NCBI GenBank assembly: GCA_049584655.1
Contig: JBAUYF010000007.1
Location: 27,288 to 91,287 of the forward strand
Direction: 5' to 3'
Origin: Thermoplasmata archaeon
GTDB taxonomy: Archaea > Thermoplasmatota > Thermoplasmata > Lutacidiplasmatales > UBA184
DNA length: 64,000 nt
Numbering within the stretch: position 1 is the first letter of the stretch; every line of letters begins with the position of its first letter. Below the pieces are notes generated by a model. That model was not told where the DNA came from, did not search any database, and was given only the letters and a program-made list of their open reading frames with translations. The position numbers and the translations under genes are program-made. Below, one piece after another: positions 58,740-64,000 of this stretch.

Positions 58740-58963
58740 CGGCGTAAATACTTGGACTCGAGGGATATCTACTTTGCCTTGGCCGGGCTTTCCTCTCGAG
58801 AGCGAGATTCGCCCTCGTCGCGGATCCGGCGTCTATCGAGTGAGGAAGGGCGAGGAAGAAGAGCGGCCTCTCCCCGAGTGAGTGTGTGTCAATACGCATT
58901 GATATGCAGGCCGACTATTGACGATTTGTAAGTCGTTATTTGTCGTTTCCACTCGGCTATGCT

Positions 58964-58972
58964 TTTAAATAG
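58964..58972 (+). promoter_or_regulatory. TATA-box-like element (TTTTAAATA) upstream of pilin gene 59030
   Basis: Sits about 60 nt upstream of the ATG. A GGAGG ribosome-binding site lies 10 nt upstream of the start. Confidence 0.3.
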
Positions 58973-59029
58973 GGGAGGCTTTCCATACGCATACCTGCGG
59001 GTCGAAGGACCCTCGGAGGAAAAAGGCGA

Positions 59030-59623
59030 ATGCACGTATTTGGACGGAAAGCGAGAAGTTGGAGAAAGGGGCGCAAGCGGGGAGTATCCCCGATCATCGC
59101 TACGATTTTGCTCGTGGCGATTACCGTGGTACTGGCTGCCGTGCTCTATATCCTCATCTCGGGATTGACGAAGGGACCCGGCAACACGCCGCTTAGCACG
59201 GCGTTTGGATTCGGAACAGCGACCCAAGTGAACCCGACAGCCACTACGGCTGGCGAGTGCACAGCAGCTCACTTCTGCTATGAGATCGCGATTAGCGAAG
59301 CGAGCGGCGGGCTCACGGCGAACGATATCCAGCTGAAGCTGACCACGAATACGGGCACGATCATTGCGGTGAACGACTTCTATGTCGATGCCGCGAACTT
59401 GGCCGTGAACGGTTATCTCGCGTCCGCCGTCAACCCCTCCGGGGCATGGGCGTCGACCGCGGGAACGGGTGGAGCAGCCGTCGAAATTACGGGCACGACC
59501 GTCATGACCGGCGCGATGGTCATGTGGATCGATATTACCGCGTCCGTATACGGCACCGGCGCCATCTTGACCGCGTTCGGACAGGGGTCGTTCTCGTCTT
59601 CGGTCTCGACCACCCTCCCGTAA
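59030..59623 (+). CDS. Archaeal type IV pilin (class III signal peptide)
   Basis: N-terminus MHVFGRKARSWRKGRKRG|VSPIIATILLVAITVVLAAVLY is a textbook archaeal prepilin signal. The rest is Thr/Ala/Gly-rich. Confidence 0.75.
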   Translation: MHVFGRKARSWRKGRKRGVSPIIATILLVAITVVLAAVLYILISGLTKGPGNTPLSTAFGFGTATQVNPTATTAGECTAAHFCYEIAISEASGGLTANDIQLKLTTNTGTIIAVNDFYVDAANLAVNGYLASAVNPSGAWASTAGTGGAAVEITGTTVMTGAMVMWIDITASVYGTGAILTAFGQGSFSSSVSTTLP

Positions 59624-59753
59624 GTCAGTCGCAGCACGTCTAGACCAACCCTTTCCAATTCCCATTTTTCAACCGCCATTGCGGCGACCTTAGCGCCCGC
59701 GCGTCGGCGATCCAAACGCTTGCGCTGGGAACGTCTAAATAGGCCCCCTTGGA

Positions 59754-60980
59754 ATGATTTACCGAGAGGTCGTTGTGAGAAGGGCCAGTCGACGTGTTGC
59801 GCTTCGAACTCAGAATTTCCGACGCTCTCGGCGGTCCTTCCGCCGGAACGGCCGCGGGGTATCGGAGGTCGTCGCGACGATCCTGCTGCTCGGTCTCACC
59901 GTAACGTTGTTCTCCTCTATCTTTTTCTTCGTCAACACGTTTCCCCGACCTCCTTCCCAATCTGCCAGCCAGTTCCAGGGGTCGCTGCTCTTTACGCCGA
60001 ACGGTGGCTACATCACGAACGTCCTGATCTTGCACCTCTCCGGTCAAGTGCTGAGCTCGCCCGTGACGACGATCTACATGCGATCCTCGGCGAACCCGGG
60101 CTTCTACAGCGCCCAATACACGGTCGCGCAGGGGCTCAATGGCTCCAACTACTGGGCGCTCGGTCAGACCTGGAACATCTCGCTCACCTCCACGGGACCG
60201 CAGCCCGGGCCCTCTCCCAACGGCGACCCCGTCCCGGACAACATGACCGTCTACATCCTGTCGGGAACGCAGTTGATTTTCACTGTCACGCTCCCCGGTC
60301 AAGTGCCGGCGCTGGCCCCTTACTTTACGAATTTCGGAACCAAGCCGTCTCCCCCCGTGGTGGCGCAGGCCTTCAATATAACGATCTTCGTCTCAAGCAC
60401 CGATCTGAACACGCACTCGGTCTACGTGAACATCTCGCAGCTTCCGGGAGTGTCGGGCGCCTTGCTAAACGCCCAGAAGATGACGAAGGGCAGCTTACCG
60501 GGGGAATACTACTACAACGTCCCCGCCGGGGTGACTTCGAATACGGGGACCTACTACGTGGTGTTCAACGCTACCGATGCCATGACAGGCCTTCGGGGGG
60601 CGCAGGGCTTCGCCTTGACGATCCAGACGCCCAGCAGCCCATCCACGCTGCTCACCGTGGGGGCCGTCAACTTGACGGCTGTCTATCACGGAGGCACGAA
60701 ACCGGCGTACTTCTCCGCGATAGTTTCGGACCTGGCCGTCTCCGGGGGTACGGCGAACGTCACGGTTTGGTTCAACATCACGATCAACGGAGGCGCGTCC
60801 ACTACGATCGGCACGGCCGTCACCGGAACGGTGGGCCCGGGCGGGACCATCACCTTGAATTCCGCAGCGTTCAAGACGGCCGCGACGAGCGCCGCGGGTC
60901 AGAAATGGGTCCTGCTGGTCACGGCGACCGCAACCAGCTTGGGGACCGCCACGGGAACGATCTCGGGCGTCCTCAGTTAG
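59754..60980 (+). CDS. Large type-IV-pilin-like protein with extremely Arg-rich leader and ~10 N-glycosylation sequons
   Basis: ..RRNGRG|VSEVVATILLLGLTVTLFSSIFFFV class III signal after a ~35-aa leader containing 11 Arg. Sequons include NGS, NIS, NMT, NFT, NIT, NAT, NLT and NVT. A TATA-like CTAAATAG lies ~15 nt upstream of the ATG, so the true start may be downstream. Confidence 0.65.
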   Translation: MIYREVVVRRASRRVALRTQNFRRSRRSFRRNGRGVSEVVATILLLGLTVTLFSSIFFFVNTFPRPPSQSASQFQGSLLFTPNGGYITNVLILHLSGQVLSSPVTTIYMRSSANPGFYSAQYTVAQGLNGSNYWALGQTWNISLTSTGPQPGPSPNGDPVPDNMTVYILSGTQLIFTVTLPGQVPALAPYFTNFGTKPSPPVVAQAFNITIFVSSTDLNTHSVYVNISQLPGVSGALLNAQKMTKGSLPGEYYYNVPAGVTSNTGTYYVVFNATDAMTGLRGAQGFALTIQTPSSPSTLLTVGAVNLTAVYHGGTKPAYFSAIVSDLAVSGGTANVTVWFNITINGGASTTIGTAVTGTVGPGGTITLNSAAFKTAATSAAGQKWVLLVTATATSLGTATGTISGVLS

Positions 60981-62089
60981 CCCTGCGGACCCTTGTTTGC
61001 GGAGCGTAGCGGAGCTGACTCCGCACTATTCGGAAGCGAAACTCCGCACTTCCAGCATGACGTCTCGTTCGGATAGACGACGGCTTGGCAGTTTGGACAA
61101 CGGCGCTCGTCGACCGTCGAAGCGATGCTGGACCCCGCCGCGGTCCCCGGCGGCGCTGCGAGATTAGTCGGGCCCGATCCAGGATTCGCCGGCGGGGCCT
61201 GGGCGTTTGATTCCGCTCGGGCCGCTTCTTCCTTCCGGTTCGCTTCTCGCCGCTTGAACCAGATGTAGACGACCAGCGCGAAGAAGAAGACCCCGCCCAC
61301 GTAGAGGAAGACCTCGACGTAGAGACCCAGAATGACGCCCTCGAGGGTGGTGAAAAAGTCGCCCGTTACGGGACCCTCGATCCCTCCGCTGTAGCCGTTA
61401 TTCTCGTTCAGGAAGATCCAGTAGTTCGGCGTGGACTTGTTGGTGGACGCGTTGATGTTCCGGACCGCCAACCCCATCTGGAACCACCAGACGTTATTCC
61501 CGTTGAGCGCCAGGGGGATTTCGACCAGAGTCGTCCCGTTCGTATTCGGGGGGAACGTGTAATTGCCTACCACCAACGGGTAGGGGGTTCCGCAATTGGA
61601 CGAAGGGGGAGGAGAGGAGCCCGTGGCGCCCGGACAAGTGCTAACCCAGACGTTCAGCCATTGAGGGGTCCCATTTCCCGGGGGGATGTACTGGGGGTAG
61701 ACGGAGACGCTGAAATTGTAGGTCCCCCCGCTGTTGCCGAGGAAAGGTGATACCTGGGCATTCTGGAGCACGGAATTGCCGTTGCCGTTCGGCAAACTGG
61801 GATCCGAGCTACCCGGAGACGACGGAGTTCGCAATTCCTGCGCGTAAAAAACGGTGAAAGCGGGAGTTGCGATCAGGAGGGCGACGATCCCCAAGGTCGC
61901 GAGGTACCGGGGTCGCTTCATTCCGCCCAAGATGGGGACCGCGAGGCCGAAGATCAGGAACGCGGGGATCGCGATGAGAACGCCTAGGTAGGCGAGTGAC
62001 GCAAATAGGACGAGCGTGGCGAGGGCAATGAGAGCGATTCTTCCCCACCGAGTTGCGACGAAAGCCCTAAAGCCGCCCTTCCGCTCCAC
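60977..62089 (-). CDS. Membrane glycoprotein-like protein with C-terminal cytoplasmic zinc ribbon
   Basis: Two N-terminal TM helices, an extracellular Ser/Pro/Asn-rich domain with many N-x-S/T sequons, a third TM helix, then CPNC..x11..CWKC. Convergent 4-nt overlap with 59754..60980. Confidence 0.55.
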   Translation of the reverse strand: MERKGGFRAFVATRWGRIALIALATLVLFASLAYLGVLIAIPAFLIFGLAVPILGGMKRPRYLATLGIVALLIATPAFTVFYAQELRTPSSPGSSDPSLPNGNGNSVLQNAQVSPFLGNSGGTYNFSVSVYPQYIPPGNGTPQWLNVWVSTCPGATGSSPPPSSNCGTPYPLVVGNYTFPPNTNGTTLVEIPLALNGNNVWWFQMGLAVRNINASTNKSTPNYWIFLNENNGYSGGIEGPVTGDFFTTLEGVILGLYVEVFLYVGGVFFFALVVYIWFKRREANRKEEAARAESNAQAPPANPGSGPTNLAAPPGTAAGSSIASTVDERRCPNCQAVVYPNETSCWKCGVSLPNSAESAPLRSANKGPQG

Positions 62090-62140
62090 AGACGAGCGGA
62101 GGCGAGTCGGCCTTCCTAATTAAGCAGTGGGGGGCGGACC

Positions 62141-63460
62141 ATCGTCGAGACAGCCGGAACTGACCCTCGACTCGCGCTGATCATCCTCGACGGCCTCGGA
62201 GATCTGCCCCATCCCGACACGGGCGGGCTTTCTCCGGTCGTAGCGGCTCGGACGCCGAATCTCGACCATTTACTCACGCTCGGGCAGTCCGGACAAGTCG
62301 TTGTGATCGGCCCTGGTGTGGCGCCCGAATCGGACGCAGGCGTCCTGGCGCTTCTCGGGTACGACCCCGTGCGCGACTCTCCGGGACGCGGCGTGCTCGA
62401 AGCCGAGGGGGTTGGAATATCCTTGGGCTCGGGAGATGTGGCACTCCGGCTAAACTTCGCCACGATCGATGGCGACGGCCAGGTCCTCGACTCGCGGGTC
62501 GGTCGATCCCTCGGGACCGCCGAAGCTGCCGAACTGGCCCGGTCTCTGACCGAAGCCGATACCCTCGGCCCGGAAGGGATTCGCGCCGAGGTCCGAGCCA
62601 CGGTTGGACATCGCGGCGTCCTTTGGCTCCACCCAGTGTCCGGCGATAGGCTCTCGGAGCAAGTGTCGAATTCAGACCCCTTCTACGAAAAGGTCGGAGG
62701 GATGGGACAGGCGCGAACCGCTCTCCAGCCGCGTCTCCTAGTTGTGCAGCCACTAGACCAATCGCCGGAGGCCGCACGGACCGCCCATGCGATCAACGAG
62801 TTTACTATGCGGGCCGGGAAAATTCTTGCCGGACATCGCGTGAACGCCCGCCGTGCGCTGGCGGGCAAACTGATTGCCAACGGCATTCTGCTTCGCAACG
62901 CCGGGCGACGGATCCCCGGAGTGCCCGCGCTCTTCACGCAAAAATACGGTATCGAAGGCGCCGCGGTGACCGAGATGCCCGTCGAACGCGGAATCGCTCG
63001 ATTGCTCGGGCTTGCCGACCTCTATGTGGGTCCAATGGGACCAGATCGAGCCGCCGGCTTCCGAGAGCGAGCGCTAGCCACGCGGCAAGCACTCGAGAAG
63101 TACCCGTTCGTCTACGTCCACCTCAAAGGCCCCGACGAGCCGGGGCATGACGGCAACGCTCGGCTCAAGCAAGAGATCGTGGAAGCGATTGATGCGTCAT
63201 TCTTCGGCCCTTTCATGAGCGGCCTCGATTGGAGCCGCACTCGTATCGCAATCACGGCCGACCACGCCACGCCGTGCATTCGAAAGGGGCATTCCGACGA
63301 CCCGGTGCCCCTCTTGATGGTCGGAGAGAGAGTCCCTCCTCCTAGCGCATCGGCCGCCCTGAAATTTGGGGACTCCACGTCCGCGCACGGGGATCTCGGC
63401 ACGCGACGCGGGAACGAGCTCATGGGGCTCTTACGTAGTCCCCGAAAAGAGACCCAGTGA
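62141..63460 (+). CDS. apgM: 2,3-bisphosphoglycerate-independent phosphoglycerate mutase, archaeal type
   Basis: The conserved N-terminus LALIILDGLGDLPHPDTGG.. lies upstream of the supplied ORF start (62303) in the same frame. Metal-binding blocks are present, e.g. HLKGPDEPGHDG and DHATPCIRKGHSDDPVPLLM. No ATG/GTG/TTG exists between the in-frame TAA (62117-62119) and the conserved block. Confidence 0.8.
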   Translation: MVETAGTDPRLALIILDGLGDLPHPDTGGLSPVVAARTPNLDHLLTLGQSGQVVVIGPGVAPESDAGVLALLGYDPVRDSPGRGVLEAEGVGISLGSGDVALRLNFATIDGDGQVLDSRVGRSLGTAEAAELARSLTEADTLGPEGIRAEVRATVGHRGVLWLHPVSGDRLSEQVSNSDPFYEKVGGMGQARTALQPRLLVVQPLDQSPEAARTAHAINEFTMRAGKILAGHRVNARRALAGKLIANGILLRNAGRRIPGVPALFTQKYGIEGAAVTEMPVERGIARLLGLADLYVGPMGPDRAAGFRERALATRQALEKYPFVYVHLKGPDEPGHDGNARLKQEIVEAIDASFFGPFMSGLDWSRTRIAITADHATPCIRKGHSDDPVPLLMVGERVPPPSASAALKFGDSTSAHGDLGTRRGNELMGLLRSPRKETQ

Positions 63461-64000
63461 CGCATAGCGCGGCACTCCGAGTCGATCGTAGGCGTGGGGA
63501 AGAGATTCGCGAACGATTGGCTGCGAGCGGCGCGTTACGAACTGACCTTGAGATCCGGCGAGAGGGCGACTATCTCGTGCTTCCGGTCTTGGAATCGACG
63601 ACTCGAGATCCCGCTTGGGGAGAGTGGGTCGAAGCCGAATTCGAGGCGCTTCCTCATTCTTCCGTCCGATCATATCGGGATCTGCTCTCGTGGACGGAGG
63701 CGGACGCGCAGCTCCTTCCTCGATCCTTCGACGTCGTGGGGGACATCGTCCTGATTCGTGTTCCGGAGGAGTTGCGCGGCCGCTCTACCGAGATCGGCGA
63801 CGCTCTGCGCCGATTTGTCCCAGGTACGCGATTGGTGGGAGCCGATTTTGGCGTGCATGGCGAGGCGCGACGCCGTCGCTTGGTCGCGATCGCCGGGACC
63901 GGGCCTTGGCGGACGCGGCATCGAGAAAACGGGATTGAAATGGAGGTCGACGTCGACCGTGCGTACTTCTCCCCCCGCTTGGCTCGCGAACACGAACTCG
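63457..64000 (+). CDS. trm5: tRNA (guanine37-N1)-methyltransferase Trm5/Taw2 family, 5' partial (runs off window end)
   Basis: GTG start overlapping the apgM stop. The N-terminal region GEEIRERLAASGALRTDLEIRREGDYLVLPV and the FDVVGDIVLIRVPEEL..MEVDVDRAYFSPRLAREHEL blocks match the Trm5b/Met-10+ family. The frame is open to the window end. Confidence 0.7.
   Translation, partial: MTHSAALRVDRRRGEEIRERLAASGALRTDLEIRREGDYLVLPVLESTTRDPAWGEWVEAEFEALPHSSVRSYRDLLSWTEADAQLLPRSFDVVGDIVLIRVPEELRGRSTEIGDALRRFVPGTRLVGADFGVHGEARRRRLVAIAGTGPWRTRHRENGIEMEVDVDRAYFSPRLAREHEL

Noticed and set aside
1-64000. CRISPR arrays, rRNA genes, transposases/integrases
   Set aside because: No direct-repeat/spacer periodicity, no rRNA-like conserved stretches and no DDE/tyrosine-recombinase-like ORFs were seen. 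The only compositional anomaly is the short AT-rich region at 57.7 kb.

Overview
This is a high-GC (~65%), gene-dense archaeal chromosomal segment. Archaeal markers are topoisomerase VI A/B, FEN1, the primase small subunit PriS, a RIO1 kinase + KH-protein pair, the PAC2 proteasome-assembly chaperone, digeranylgeranylglycerophospholipid reductase next to a GGPP synthase, archaeal apgM, Trm5, class-III-signal-peptide pilins, and an 11-subunit nuo/fpo-like operon (A-B-C-D-H-I-J-K-L-M-N, no nuoEFG). Most of the window is housekeeping: succinyl-CoA ligase, coaBC, an Amt transporter, an ABC exporter, a stomatin/NfeD pair and assorted hydrolases and oxidoreductases. GTG/TTG starts and 1-4 nt stop/start overlaps (ATGA, GTGA, TGATG) are common. 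The most unusual content is at 55.9-62.1 kb: a two-gene cassette of a ribbon-helix-helix DNA-binding protein and an FtsZ/tubulin-superfamily GTPase that has only the N-terminal GTP-binding domain (no C-terminal domain, no T7 catalytic loop, proline-rich tail). It sits next to a tiny 2-TM protein, an AT-rich promoter region, and a cluster of three heavily N-glycosylation-sequon-rich type-IV-pilin-like genes plus a glycosylated membrane protein with a C-terminal zinc ribbon. Other items of note are a tRNA-His(GUG) gene with an encoded G-1 and a ~31-nt insertion inside the T-loop (putative non-canonical intron), an esterase gene interrupted by an in-frame TAG, and a ~620-bp ORF-free, highly structured region with RNase-P-RNA-like motifs. 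There is also a NuoI subunit fused to an extra 2x[4Fe-4S] ferredoxin domain, a protein with three tandem zinc ribbons and an RGG-like tail, and an apgM gene whose conserved N-terminus has no canonical start codon. No CRISPR array, rRNA or obvious mobile element was seen. tRNA scanning was done by eye and is not exhaustive. Coordinates of features derived by hand (tRNA, small ORFs) may be off by 1-2 nt.
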